A DNA stretch of 64,000 nucleotides. It comes from Selaginella moellendorffii (Eukaryota; Plantae; Lycopodiophyta). The translations under genes and the position numbers were made by a program. Where the stretch lies: NCBI RefSeq assembly GCF_000143415.4, contig NW_003314265.1:696405-760404 (forward strand), given 5' to 3'. The notes under the pieces are model-generated. The model was not told the DNA's origin, searched no databases, and saw nothing but the letters and a program-made list of their open reading frames with translations. Shown here one piece after another: positions 38,754 through 52,600 of this stretch; position 1 is the stretch's first letter, and every line of letters starts with the position of its first letter.

Positions 38754-39414
38754 TCACGATTCCTCGAGCTTGATCGCCACTGTGCGGGCTCCGCTATCAC
38801 CCACGGGCTGGTACTCCAGGCCTTGTTCGATCTCTTTGCTAAACTCCTGGTACTCCGGCTTCACCCTTCGCACGGGGACCGTGACCGAGTAGACCGTCCC
38901 AAGCTCGGGGTCGGCCAGGACGTTGAGCTGGACCTTCTCCTCCGACTCGATCTCCACAAAGTCGGCCAAGGCGCCCACGATGTTGGTCACGATCTTCTTC
39001 TTGGCGTCGTCGGTGATGGAGCAGCGATCCGAGATGAGGATCATTTTCAGCCGCTGCTTGGCGATCTCGGCATTGGACGCGAAGGGCCTGGCGGCGGCTG
39101 TATCCTCTGGAGGGAAGAGGATCTCCCAAGCACGGGCCAGGCGCTCCAAGAAACCCCCCGATCTCTTCTCCTCCTCGATGTCGAGGCGCTGGTGTTGTAA
39201 ATCCTGTTCTAAGGCTCGAATCGGCTGTGCTGGTGAAGATCGAAATCTGGAAGACAGGCGGGCGCTCCGCGGTGGCAGCTTGCGCGAGCCCGGAAAAGAG
39301 AAATTTCGATCCTACGCCAGGAAAACGATCAAAATGCTGATTATCCACCGGTAATCGACTTACTTCCGCCAGGCAGCCTCCAATCCGTCCAGTGCAGTGA
39401 ACTGATCGCAGCAT
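38754..39414 (-). CDS. MINE1: Chloroplast division topological specificity factor MinE (2 exons: 39414-39364, 39311-38754)
   Basis: AWEILFP...SNAEIAKQRLKMILISDRC...DFVEIESEEKVQL...GTVYSVTVPVRRVKPEYQ; a 52-bp GT-AG intron joins a transit-peptide-like exon in frame. Confidence 0.95.
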
Positions 39415-39621
39415 TCTCTCGCGATTTGGAAGAACCCTAGGAGGAGATTTTAGGGTTCTTCCTCACTAGTAAAAACGGCTAAATACCAGTGGTATATCGC
39501 CACGTGGAGTTATCACGCCAACGTGGATTTATGCCCGCAGTTCTCGCAAAAACGAATGGAGTTAAACCCCAGAGCCCTAACCTCGGGGTTTTGGCGTTCT
39601 TCATGAAGCAGCAGCAGCGCC

Positions 39622-42600
39622 TTGGATGTTTGGGGCCAGCGCTTGGAAGTGGAGAGCGGTGAGTGTGAGAAGAATGGCATTAGGAGCGATAGGACCAGTG
39701 CCGCCATGGCCAAGCAGCAGCGCGGCGATTCCTGGGAGAAATTCGCGATTTCGCCCCTCATCGTGCTCGCAATCCTTCTCAGCAGTGCCCGTGAAGACTC
39801 TCCCAGCGCCAGAAGAGGAAGAGCTTGCGTTATTTCGGTACGCTCCCAGTTTTCTCGAAAGTTTTCTAGTTCTTATTGGCGCTTTGTTAAATGCAGGCTT
39901 TACAGAGAGAAATACTATGCCAATTCGATCAGCATTCAAGTCCCTGTGAGGCACACTATCTCGCTGCAAGAGCCAAAAGGAAAGTCGCCATTCAGTTCGA
40001 GTACTACCAAGGAAACACCCGGAGCAACGCCACCTCGCTCGGAGAGCGCGTCCATATCCAGGCAGAAGAATTACAGTGATTCTTTGCTAACTCATCCCCC
40101 TCCTGTGGAGCCCCGTGTTGCTGCTCCGGAGTTCACGCAGAGGAACTTTGTAAGTTTCCCACGAAGACAGGTTCCTCAGTTTCAGCCCAGATGTGCTCCA
40201 CAAAATGGAAGCCTGCTACAAGAGAAGAGTCGAACCGCAAGGAAAGTCGAAGTTCATGCGGCAGAGACACAGACGAAACCAGCTCCTCCTCCACCTCAAC
40301 CAGTGGTGCAAAAGCCTTCACCACAAGCTCGGACTGTGCCTCCAGCTATTCAGCCGAAGAGACGGCTTCCGACTCAAATCCCACTGAACAAAAAGGCAGC
40401 ACCAGTGTTTACGTGGGACATCACCCTGAATGACGACATTCTCGTAGTAGAAAACGAGAAGAGTGCAGAGAAGGTGGTGAAGCTGCTGATGGAGAAGTAT
40501 AAGGATGAAGTTCATGCTTGTGACACAGAGGTATTTGGTTCTGGTCTGTTTACCTCCGCTTGCCTGCTAACGAGCTGTTTCTCCTTCATGCAGGTTGCGG
40601 ATATTGATGTCAAAAAGGAGAGTCCCGTTGGTCATGGAAAGCTTACGTGCTTCAGCATCTATTGCGGAGTAAACGTGGACTTCGGTGGTGGAAAGTCCCG
40701 AGTCTGGGTGGATTTGCTCAATGGTGGACCAGGAATTTTGGATGTCTTCAGGCCTTACTTTGAGAACGCAGAAATCAAAAAGGTATTTGATAAAAAAAAA
40801 CAAAAAAAACCCGTAATGTCTCTTACGATGTCCTGTTTCTGCAGATCTGGCACAACTACAGCTTTGATAAGCACATTCTCGGGAACTATGGTATCAAAGC
40901 TGCTGGTTTTTATGCCGACACGATGCACCTTGCCCGCCTCTGGGATTCTGCACGGGGAGGACTTGGTTATTCGCTGGAAGCGCTGACCGCTGATCCGAAG
41001 GTTATGGACGACAGGCCATTACAGAATGGCAAGACGTCGATGAAGGATCTGTTCGCAATTACAAACGTGAAGAAAGATGGCAGTGAAGGGAAGCTGAAGG
41101 TTATTCCACCCGTGGAAGAGCTCCAAACGTCAAAAGACACCCGTGACAAATGGATTTACTACTCGGCGCACGACTCGGTTTGTACATGGCACTTGTGGTC
41201 ATCGCTCAAGAAGAAGCTGCAGAAGGCTTCATGGTATATGGAAGGCGATAAGAGGGGTAACATGTACCAGTTTTACGAACTCTACTGGCGGCATTTCGGA
41301 GATGTTCTCGTCCAAATGGAAGCCGAAGGCATGCGGGTTGACACAGTACATCTTGCGGAAGTTGAGAAGGTTGCGCTTAATCAGAAGCAGCTCTCCGTAA
41401 GCCGCTTCCAGAAATGGGCTTCTCAGTACTGCCCCGACGCAATGTACATGAATGTTTGCAGTGACGTCCAAATTCGACAAATTTTGTTCGGGGGAACTTC
41501 TAACAAGTAAGCTTCTCCAACGCTTTTCGTGATTCATTCATTTAATTACCATTTCCCTTTTGCAGAAAGGATCCTTCAGTTTCGTACCCAAAAGAGCGGA
41601 CTTTCAAAGTTCCAAACTCCGATAATTATCTAGAACCGGGTGCGAAGACCGTGAAAAAGTATCGATCTATATCGTTGGAAGGCATTGACGTCCAACTTCC
41701 TGTTGAAACATTCACTCCATCGGGTTGGCCGGCGGTCAGTGGTGCAGTTTTGAAATCTCTTGCCGGCAACGTCGTCACAGACTACGACGAAGAAGAGGAC
41801 GAGGCGGAATTCTCTCCCGAGGCTTCCACTTTTATTACATCCGGTGGTGTCGAAGGGACTGACGGAGATAAAAGTGAAGACTTGTCAGCTTATGGAAAAG
41901 CATATGGCGCTTTTGGGGGTGGAGAAGAAGGCAAGAAGGCGTGCATGGCAATTGCTGCGCTCTGTGAGCTATCCTCCATCGATACGCTAATATCAAACTT
42001 TATCCAACCTTTACAGGTATACTTTTATTTCAATCATTGCTTTGTTTATTAACGGTGCTCTACAGAATGGCCAAATTCTTGGTCCGGACGGTCGCGTTCA
42101 TTGTTCCCTCAATATAAACACAGAGACTGGACGTCTGTCTGCTAGAAGACCAAATTTACAGGCAAGTTTACAAAGATCATCTTTCTTGAACATAGTGTGG
42201 TAACTTTTGTCTGCAGAACCAACCTGCTTTGGAAAAAGATCGCTACAAAATCCGAAAAGCATTTATCGCCCCTCCTGGGAAGTCTTTGATTGTTGCGGAC
42301 TACGGACAGGTATATTTGTTTGTTTCTTCAACCTCATAGTTGTTTGCGATCTCGTTGGACAGTTGGAACTTAGAATCCTCGCTCACATGAGTGGCTGCAA
42401 AAGCATGCTGGAGGCGTTCGAAGCTGGTGGTGACTTCCATTCGAGAACAGCGCTAAACATGTATCCTCACGTCCGCAAAGCTGTAGAGACCGGAGAAGTC
42501 CTTCTGGAATGGTCTGGGGAAGGCAAGTCGCCAGTCCCGCTACTCAAGGTACTGCTGTTCGCTAGTTTTTGGTAGTCCAAAACTTGTGTTACTGGCAGGA

Positions 42601-43311
42601 TAAATTCGGTAGCGAGAGGAGGAAAGCGAAGATGCTCAACTTCTCCATTGCATACGGCAAAACTGCCATGGGCCTTTCAAAGGACTGGAAGGTTAGCACA
42701 GTTTCCTTCCAATTCGTTGTTTTCATTCTTCTTTCCTGCAGGTAAGCCTGTACGAAGCCCAGCAGACCCTGGACCTCTGGTACAACGATAGAAGCGAAGT
42801 GAAAGAATGGCAAACGGATACCATCGAGAGAGCACGCATCACGAAGCGAGTGCACACGTTGCTCGGCAGGAGTCGGCATCTGCCGGACATCAACACATCG
42901 ATCTCGGTACTTCGCGGACACCTCGAGCGAGCTGCGATCAACACTCCTGTGCAGGTACACTGGTATACTTCCTGTCCTGTTCTTGATCTTCTCTATCCTT
43001 TCGATTCTAGGGGAGTGCCGCGGACGTTGCTATGTGCGCAATGCTGGAGATCGACCGGAACTCCAGGCTTCGAGAGCTGGGATGGAAACTAATCCTTCAG
43101 GTATCCAGTTTCTCGATCTCTGTGGATTGACAAAAAGCGGTGGAAACAGGTCCACGACGAAGTGATACTCGAGGGGCCATCGGAATCGGTGGAAGAAGCG
43201 CAAGAGATAGTCGTGAAGTGTATGTCGTTTCCATTCGAGGGCGAGAACTTCCTCAAGGTAAATCTGGACGTGGACGCTGACCATGCAAAGAGCTGGTACG
43301 AGGCCAAGTAG
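39622..43311 (+). CDS. Plant organellar DNA polymerase I (POP family), multi-exon; start codon uncertain
   Basis: 3'-5' exonuclease motifs HACDTEV, WHNYSFD and YSAHD; polymerase motifs NINTETGRLSARRPNLQNQP, IVADYGQLELRILAH, ERRKAKMLNFSIAYG, ERAAINTPVQG and QVHDEV; ends SWYEAK*. Confidence 0.96.
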
Positions 43312-43465
43312 CTCCCCCCAGTTTTGCCTAAATTTTGTAGAGCTTTGTTGTATATTTGCAAGGGAATTCTGATGGAAGGATATTTCTATAGCGATGCCTA
43401 ATTCAAATGGAAGAATATTCCATGGTGATCCTTTCTTCCCTATGAAGCCCTAGATTTCATCGCGC

Positions 43466-45157
43466 ATGGCGTCATCGCGGGTCTCCGGTGTCTCGGATTT
43501 CGAAGGCTTGCTCCTGGACGACGAGGAGGAGGACGATGTAAGTCTCCTCTTTGTGGCTGCGATTGAGCTCCTGTGAAATTTCGTGCTCCAGCTTTCGGAT
43601 GTGATCGTGGCGTCGCAAATGCAGCTATCGGACATTGGCGCTGGATCGCAGGAGAGCGACGCGGAAAAGACGGTCAGGGAGAGCTCGCTTGCTGTCCCCG
43701 AGAGCGCGCTCGAGGAGGCGTTCGGCTTGAGTGCCAAGGGGTTTCGAGACGCGTTTGGCTTCCAGGAGAACAACAGTGTAGCTGAAGGTTTGGAGAATTT
43801 CCTCCATTGTTTTGAGGCTGGTTTTTTCTTCTTTGTAGGTGATCGGGTCCTTAGCCGGAGATCATCGCAAAGAACTCCTGCGGATGCTAGTGTTCGAACT
43901 GAGATGTTTTTCCAACCCGAGGTAACAACCCCTTTTTAAGTATTCTCACTAGACTTTGTCTGAATCAAATCTTCTTCTTTTGTTAGAAGGATGCAAGCGT
44001 CCAATCAAACAGGTGAAAAATCAAAGATTTGAGGAGGCGAGCGTTGAGTGTTTGTTTTTCTTACGCAGTGAAGAGGATTCCATAACGAGCAGAAGCTATC
44101 CAAACGATAGCTTGTTTAGTGATTTTCCAGCTCAGAAGAAATCCCATCCCGCAACAATTGAGCGCAATCGGCCCTCCAAAGTAAGATGGTTTTCAACAAG
44201 AACATGTTTGATCGGTGGTAATAGCTTAATTCATTCATTCATTCATTTCTCGTTGTCTAAATTTTCCTTTCTCTTGCAGCTTAGTGAAGAGATCGAAGGT
44301 CTCTTTCAGCTCATCCATTGCTACAAGCCTAAGGAACTGGAACTGCGGACAATCCTGAAACCTTTTATTCCGGACTTCATTCCGGCTGTTGGTGGAGTGG
44401 ACGAATTTATCAAGATTCCACGCCCCGATGGGCAGCCTGACTTCCTTGGTTTGAAAGTAGTTTATCCCTTTCTCTTTTCTTCTAGTGTCCGGACTCACTG
44501 TTAACTCGCTTCGCAGGTTCTAGATGAACGCGGACCCAAGCAAAGTGATCCTGCGGTGATAAACTTACAGCTGCGGGCTTCATCGATGAAATCAAACCTC
44601 CATCCCCTTCAAGTATGAAACGTGATAATGTTTTCCTTTTTCGTTGTTTTGCTTTTTTAACTATCTACGTCGATGATCAAGGTGGCATCAGTCGAAAATC
44701 CCGAGAAGAATCCGAAAAAGCTGGATTCATGGATCAACAGTATCAAGGAGCTACATCGAAGTAAGCCGCCTCCTTCGGTTTCATACTCGAAGCCAATGCC
44801 TAGCATTGACAAACTCGTGCAGGTAGAGTCGTCTGGTTTTCTCCCATTTCTTTTTTATATTATTCTGATGTAACAATGGAGTTTTCAGGAATGGCCTGTT
44901 GAACTAGAGAAGATACTTACAGCCGTTGAACTGCCAACAGAGAAGCTGGACTTGGACATTGGCACATTTTCAGATGTGTGCTGCTCGATCCTTGACATTC
45001 CTGTGTAAGTAAGCATTGAGATTTTTTATCTTTCTTATTTTCCTTGCTTCCAAACAGCTACAAGAGCCGCATTGAATCTCTACATGTAATGTTCTCCTTG
45101 TTCCTCGAGCTTAAGAACAGCATGCCTTTCCCAGATGAGTGGGCCAGTAAGCGGTAA
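43466..45157 (+). CDS. IFT46: Intraflagellar transport protein 46 (IFT-B), multi-exon
   Basis: LKPFIPDFIPAVGGVDEFIKIPRPDG...LGLKVLDE...QSDP...WINSIKELHRSKPP...MPSIDKLVQEWP...LDIPVY...IESLHVMFSLF; acidic N-terminus. Confidence 0.93.
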
Positions 45158-45659
45158 ACAGTTCTCATGCAGATTAGAACTAATGTAAAATGAGAAGGAA
45201 TTTTGTACATCCATGATTTGTTTACTTAATTATTATAATTAAAAAACTTAATTACTGTTGATGTTTTCAAATAGAATATATTATCTTGTTGAAAGTTGAT
45301 TTTTTCTTTCTCACGCTTTATGGAGGGAAACCTAATTTTTAGGCATGTATGTCAAGAGAAGGAAAGTTTTAGAGCTTTAACCATTGAAAGTAAAATTATT
45401 AAACTCCTGAGCATATAGTTAAAGAGCTAAAAAACAGGAGTATAAAGTAATATTAAAACATTTCTAGAGCACAAACGTGAAGATTAATATGTAAAATAGA
45501 GCTAGATTTCAATATAGTAGTGGTTTAATACAAAGATATAGGTACTCTACCATATGAAATTGGGCTTTAAGCCCAAGTCAGACATTAAACAAAGATAGAT
45601 ATACCTAATGGGGAGCCAAATAATGTTATTTATATTTTGTAGATATGCTTCATTTACAA

Positions 45660-46030
45660 ATTTAAAACATTCTATAGATATGCTTCAATGGCAAATCTAG
45701 ACACTTTCCATAAATAATTTATGAGATTAACACATCACAATAGCAAAGATGTCCAACAAACTAGATAAACTATCATATAGCAACATTAAAGGATTAGTGC
45801 TTAATACATAAGAGTTCTTGTCACTAGCTAATGCAAAACATAATGAGATACAAACTTTTTATTGGGCTAAGAATGCTTAATTAGTACCTGTAAGAATTCC
45901 ATCCTTATACCCACTAGTATAAAAAGGATTGATAAAGGGTTTAGTAATATTGATTTACTATCATGATAGTAATAAGTGAAGAATATTTAAAATGACTCAT
46001 TAATAAGTAATTTTTGATACCTAAACTTTT
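45660..46030 (-). mobile_element. Ancient, AT-drifted remnant of the chromovirus LTR
   Basis: Reverse-complement similarity to about 4600-4990 (e.g. TCTAGACACTTTCCATAAATA, GTTCTTGTCACTAGC, GAATTCC-TCCTTAT); boundaries approximate. Confidence 0.65.
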
Positions 46031-46668
46031 TTCACCACTTTTTAGAAAGTGTAAATAAATATTTTATTGCACAAAATCATACAGAAGGCTAAAGATACCA
46101 CCTTTCTAAAGATTTACCATATGGTATGCCACCTTACACTTATCTACTTCTTCAATGGTTTGCTATGTGGCTTGCCACCTCATGCATACTACCTCTCTAT
46201 ACCTTTGGAGAATTGGTATTCTTGAGTATTCTTAGAAATTGGATTGTGCTTCTAGAAACATGTTTAGTGTAGTTTATGCAATATTCACTTACTCAACATT
46301 AATAATGGTTTTGGAGAATTATTAATAAGCTAACTTAGATATAAAATTTATTATTTGCCACAATAGTGCTTTATGGACTACAGTGTTTTTTGAAGTGTTT
46401 TATTTTGGTTCAAAGATATATCTTCAAGGTTGGTTCAAGCATTTACTAGTTGTATATAGAGTCATAATTGGTTCATTAAAATTCCATAGTAAATTGTTGT
46501 TTGTGCTATGGTTTTGGGTTTTATTTCAGTCATGGTTGTCAATAATTACATTAGTGGTTCCATGGGAGCAATTCTTGTGGTAATTTATAATCACTTAGCA
46601 AAAACTCAGAATATTTCACTTGATTTATCATTATCACTTTTTCATCTTCTAGAGGGAAGAATGGTGTA

Positions 46669-46678
46669 AAGTGTGTGC

Positions 46679-46724
<46 letters not shown>

Positions 46725-46738
46725 GTGTGTGTGTGTGT
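46669..46738. repeat. Compound (GT)n(AT)n(GT)n microsatellite
   Basis: Directly visible. Confidence 0.95.
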
Positions 46739-47380
46739 ATTTAAGTAATATATTAATTATAGTACTATAACATATAAACTATTAATTTGGCATTGAATTT
46801 AGTCCATCCATCGTTGTATATCCTTGTATCCTTGTCTAAACCCCAAGTAATATATTTATTTTCACTCACTATAGATGATATAAAAAATGATTTATGTACA
46901 CTCTCATTTCTGAAGAAAATACATTCAAAGTTTGATAATAGTTTTATGTTTAAATTCAATTAATTACTATATGAGATAGAAAAATAGAACTAAATATGGA
47001 AGTTATATATTATTTCTCATATAAAAACTTTGAGTTAGATGCTAGTATAATTGCAAAGACCTAATTACATTCAACCTTATAAATTTTATTCATGAATAAT
47101 TAAACATTGAGAATACATTTTATTATATTTATTATATTTTTATAATTTAATTGAAAAAATGGCTACTGTTTTAAAGACAAATTTTTTAATTTTAATAGAA
47201 ATTACTCTTTCCTACCAATGGGATTAAAGCAAGTTGAAGGAGTGTTACTTGAAGATGTAACTTCCAACGCTTGGGCTGGTTGATATGGTCACTAGGCATT
47301 CCAAGAGCATCTACCATTGACTGTAAGAACAGAACACTCCTGTGAATCAAAATGGAAAAAAAAAAAATAGTGTGAATGAC

Positions 47381-48064
47381 ATCCAGTTGTCACTGAATGC
47401 AAGCCACAAGTTTATGACAACAGTGGAGGAATTTGATTAATCATGTAGAAACTCTCCAAATGTAAGTAAGGTTGTTGGGTTTTGGGTTTTTAACTTCTGT
47501 TGCGTCCCTTGTTGTAAACAGTGCCTAGATTTGAAGATTCACCATAACAATCTCATAAACAACATACTTCAGAAACTTAAGCAAAGCTGTTTTATCTATG
47601 ATGTCCTTTTCGAAGATTCGCCTTTCCTAGGTGGAGGGAAACACTCTAGATTCATATAATCTCTTCTGTTTGACACTTAATGGTGAAAAAAGGACGTGTT
47701 TTGACGCCCTCGCCAGATTACTGCTTACCAGGAATCACACTAGAAACCGTAACATCTTTCCAGCTGAGCTTTTCTTCTCATCATTGCGATTTTTTCTTGT
47801 TTCACGAGCTCAATAACTTGGCCAAGGAGAGTCATACTGCAGACGAGGTAACATTTTGTAAACCCGTCATCATCTAGATGTAACTTAAGAGTTGTGTTCT
47901 TCCAATGCTATAGGTGTGGACAATGGGAAAAAAGGGAGAGCTCACACTGGTATTTACTAGCTTTCCATATCGTTTCATGTGTGAATTTTGGAAAACTCCT
48001 AATGATCCAGGTCATAGAGATCCATGGCCGACGGATTGGAAGCTCAGGATCCAAGCTGCTTATA
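47381..48064 (+). pseudogene. Fragmentary branched-chain-amino-acid aminotransferase-like (class IV) pseudogene
   Basis: Exon remnants KPQVYDNSGGI*, NSPN, LDLKIHHNNLINNIL, VKKGRVLTPSPDYCLPGIT, HTADE, VWTMGKKGELT and VIEIHGRRIG, with stops and frameshifts. Confidence 0.75.
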
Positions 48065-48282
48065 AAGCTCGAAGGCGAGTCCATCCCTTGCAAGTGCTAG
48101 AGATAGCTGTCTTTCTTTTCTCAAGGCCACCTTCTCGGTGACTTTCGTCTCGCTTCTCACCATCTAATTTCTTGAAAGGCTTAAACTATGGGTTTCGTGA
48201 ATTGCCTTTTCTGGTTCCATATAAATAGACCCTTTAGGTTTGACGAAAAGGATTGACAGCGACAACGCTCATAGCGTGGCAG

Positions 48283-48938
48283 CGATGGAGAGCGCCAAAG
48301 GTAACAGCGACAAGAAGGGAAAGAACACGAAGAGGCAGCGAGAGGAGGAGGGACAAGCGGCCAAGGCCCCAAAGAGAAAGCGCCTCCAGGGAGCAGTGGG
48401 AATCTTGAAAAACAATCCGAGCAGCAAGGAGGTAGCATGTAAGATTGATGGGTTAGATATCACTTGGCATCAAGATTTCCATGACTTCTGGCCGCGACCG
48501 ACGTCCAAGCTACTGACACCAGACTACCTCCACTGCGCTGGAGCTCAAGAGCTTTACAGGCTCCTCACCCAGGAGCTCTATTGCATCCAGGAGAAAAGAG
48601 ATTGCAATGATCATGATGAGAGGAACGCCCAGCTCTTGGTGGTGATTGGTGGGACGAGATGCCACATGATGAGGCGACTTGAGGACCTATGCAACTCTAG
48701 AAAATGCAAGGGAGATAAGGTCTGGTATGGGATTCAAATTAAAGAAGGTGGAAACTTTTGCGCGCTATTCAAGTACAAGTTTGATGGGATGAGAGCGAGA
48801 ATGATCCGGGAGATGTCCAAGGAAATCCATGCCCGAGACTACGTGAAGAAGACAAACAACATGATCCAAGAGATCCTCTCCCATATCACTGGGAATGGTT
48901 ACTTCTCTCCAATCCGTGTGGAGAGCGTCCACCATTGA
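48283..48938 (+). CDS. Intronless orphan protein (about 218 aa) with a basic NLS-like N-terminus
   Basis: Long GC-balanced ORF in an AT-rich context; TATAAATA at about 48219; KKGKNTKRQR and KAPKRKR. Confidence 0.6.
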
Positions 48939-49696
48939 TCTAAAACAGCTGTAAGAATACACTAAAACCAACATGAAATTTCTCTATCTTTTGGTGTTTT
49001 GTTTTTTAAATTGTGCATTACTTCCCCAATCTTGGCTAATCTACAACCATGGCTCCTGCAGCTTTCAGTGTCTTGATTTTCCTCCCGAAATTATGGCTGC
49101 AAAATTATACACACAGATTATTCAAGATTTCAATCTTAGTTGCAGCTAGACACTGGAAGGAGAACAAACACTACTGTTCCTAGTGTGAATAGAGTATCAT
49201 TAACTTAGCTAATTTAATGGGAGTGTGAACCAGTTAGCATTATCTAAAAAAATTTTATTACCAAAAATGATTAATGCTACTATAACTATTGAATTACAAT
49301 TTTATAAGTTAAGTAATTTAAAAGTACACCCCTTTAGCCCTTTGTTTAACTAAATTATAAAAAGGTTTTATAAAAATATAACTTATTATTCGATTATAAC
49401 TGTTTAATTATACAAAAATAAAATATATAACTTTTAAGAAATCACTTTTGAAAAGAGTCCTTACCATTATATTCATGTTAACACATTATTTAAGTGTCTA
49501 ACTAGCTAAAAGCATATTTTAGTATAATTTCCTCAGAAATATGGGTGCTTATAATTAATTAATTATATTAAATATCAATACATATATAAAGGTTTTTATA
49601 CAGTTTTATATAATAATATATTTTATACTGAGTAATCATACTTTCTGACAAACATAGTATAAAATAGAAATAATAAAAACCAACTAAAATACGTTT

Positions 49697-52600
49697 TGTG
49701 AGGGCCAAGTGTACGGCTACGATGCCGTATACTAATATTAGCGTAGTGGATTTTGGTAGCCGTTGGATTGGTTTCAATCCGGACCACTCGCTCCTGTATA
49801 TAAATTAGGGTTTTTGGGCTAATTGATATGCACATTTCTGTATTCCCTTTCCATATTCCATGCACTCACATTGGTGGAGGTGAGGGGCACCTTTGATTGT
49901 CCCTGGGGAGTGCTTGGATTTGGGATTTCGGTTTAGATCTAGCTTTTGCATTGTTTAGATCTAGCTTTTTCCATTTCCTTTCTTTTGTTCTTTCCTTTTA
50001 GGATTTTGGTTTAGATCTAGCTTTTTGCATTGTCTAGATCTACCATTTCTTTCCAGCTTTTTGTCATTTCTCTTCTTTTGCTCTTTCTTTTTCATTCATT
50101 TTTATGGCCGATCCGCAATCTCCTCCTTTGACTCTAGAGCAGCAGTTGGTTCAATTGCTTGATGCTATGCGCTTGCAATTGAACAACCAAACTCAGTTGA
50201 TGGCGGCGTTCACGGCACATGGTACAACTCCTCCTGCTTTTGGTGCCAATCCTCGCGTTCAGCCGGAGTTCTTTCGTGGGAATCCTGGGGATGATGTGTA
50301 CCATTGGTTCGATCACTTCACGGTGATTGCCACATATCATTCTTGGGATGATGCTCGACGTTTGCGTGAGTTCCCCACATGTCTCCAAGGGACGGCATTG
50401 CAGTAGTACAATGGATTGAGCGTAGCTACTCGTGGCGATTGGAGTGTTCTTCCGGACGTCTTCAAATGCGCCTTCGGACACGCCGACGATTGTGATGATG
50501 CCTTCCAACAATTGCATCGTCTTCGCCAAGGGCCATCTGAGTCGGTGATACAATTTGGCGTTCGTTTCCGAAGTCTTTTGCTTCGTGCGGAGCCAAATAT
50601 GTCGGAGCGGATCAAGCTAGGAATGCTGTGGCCAGCACTTCGTCAAGATCTTGTCGGACTTGTGCATGCACTTGCTCCTGCCACTCTTGACGATGCTCTT
50701 CGCTTGGCACAACGTTATGAGACGTCGCCTCTTCCACTTCTTGCTACACGTCCTTCAGCTCCACTTCCTATGAGTGATGGTCCTGTTCCCATGGAGGTTG
50801 ATGCTGCTGTTACTCGAGTCCAAGGACAAGGGCGAGGACGTGGTCGTGGCCGTGATGTTCGTTGCTGGGCGTGTGATGAAGTTGGTCATACTTATCGGCG
50901 TTGTCGGCGCTTTCCGGATTGGCGACCTCCATTTCCTGGGTGGAGACCTTGGCGTCAGCAACGTCCCGTTGGTGCTGCTGCGGTGGAAGGTTTGGATACC
51001 GAGGTGCATTCGGGAAATGAGGAGTCGCGCGAGTAATGGAGGGACCTTGCGCGAATAAGTTAGTGACCCCTCAATCTTTCTTTCGGGAGTATCATCAAGG
51101 GGTTCACTCGGCACCGGTTCATCCAGTGTTTACTTTTCAAGCTCGTTTTTATAACAAGAGGTCTCCTATTCTTCTCTCCGTGTTGGTTGATACAGGTTCG
51201 AGTTTATCTTCTATTGCTCGACTTGTTGCCACACGTTGTCGTCTACACTTGCGTCATGCGGCGGATTCAGTTTTCATTCTTTATGGCAACGGCCGTACAC
51301 ATGCATGTGCACGAGATGAGGCGGACCTGGTTGTACGTATGGGCGATCTCGAGCTTGAGTTGCAGTCGTTGCGGGTGGTGCCGAGTCAAGCTTTTGACCT
51401 CATTCTTGGTATGGATTGATTGCAGCACAATCATGCCAAGTGTGACTTTGAGGCTTCTCCCCCTTGTCTCATACTTCCTTATGTTTCATCCATTCCTCTC
51501 ACTTCCGTACCTCTTTGTCCCTCTACTTCTACCTCTGCTTCCATTACTTTTGTTCCCCCACTATTTCCTCTTGTGTTTCCATCTTATTCTGCTCTTCCCT
51601 TTTCCGATCCCTCCGATGATCTTTGTGTTGCAGCTGTTGACCAGCTCATGAAGGAGTATTCTGATCTCTTTGAATTTGACCTATCGTCTGGGGCCAAGAT
51701 TGCCACACGTCATCCCATTCCAACCGGGGATGCTCGTCCAATCAAGGTTCCTGTTCGTCGTCGGTCACCCAAGGAGATCAAGATTTTACGTGCAAACGTC
51801 AAGGAGATGTTGGAGAAGGGTGTTATTCGGAAGTCGCAGAGTCCTTGGGCATGTGAACCTCATCTTGTGACGAAGCCTGATGGGAGTATTCGTTTCTGCA
51901 TCGACTATCGTCCGTTAAATGAAGTGACGATCCTGGACGTGTACCCTCTTCCTCACACTGCTGATCTTTTGGATCGTCTGGGGCGAAGTCGTTGGTTCAC
52001 CAAGTTAGATCTTGCTTCTGGGTATTGGCAAGTACCGATGGCTGAAGAAGATATTCCTAAGACTGCTTTTCGTACACCATTTGGTTTGTACGAGTTTTTG
52101 GTGATGCCGTTTGGTTTGAACAATGCTCCAGCAACTTTTCAGCGGATGATGGATGAAGTTCTTTGCGATATGCCGGAGGTGACGGCTGACTTCATTGATG
52201 ATGTCTTGATCCACTCGGAGGGGACGTAGGAGGAGCATGTTCGTGATGTTTGTAAAGTGTTGGATCGGCTACGCGACGTTGGTTTAAAGCTGAAGCGGTC
52301 GAAGTGCGTGTTTGGGTCCAAAGACACAACTTATCTTCGGTACCGTATTTCTCGTGAGGGTTTGCAAGTTGATCCTGACAAAATTGTGGCTGTTTTAAAG
52401 TTCCCTACTCCGAAGTGTGTGAATGATGTGCAGCGCTTTTTGGGTAAGGTGCAGTATCTCGGTCGTTTTGTGGATCATCTTTCCGATCGCACTACACCAT
52501 TGCGAGCGTTGCTGAAGTCATCAACGTCATCTTTCATCTGGTCTCCCGATTGTGAGCGGGCGTTCGTGAATCTCAAAGAGCTATTGACGACTCCTCCGGT

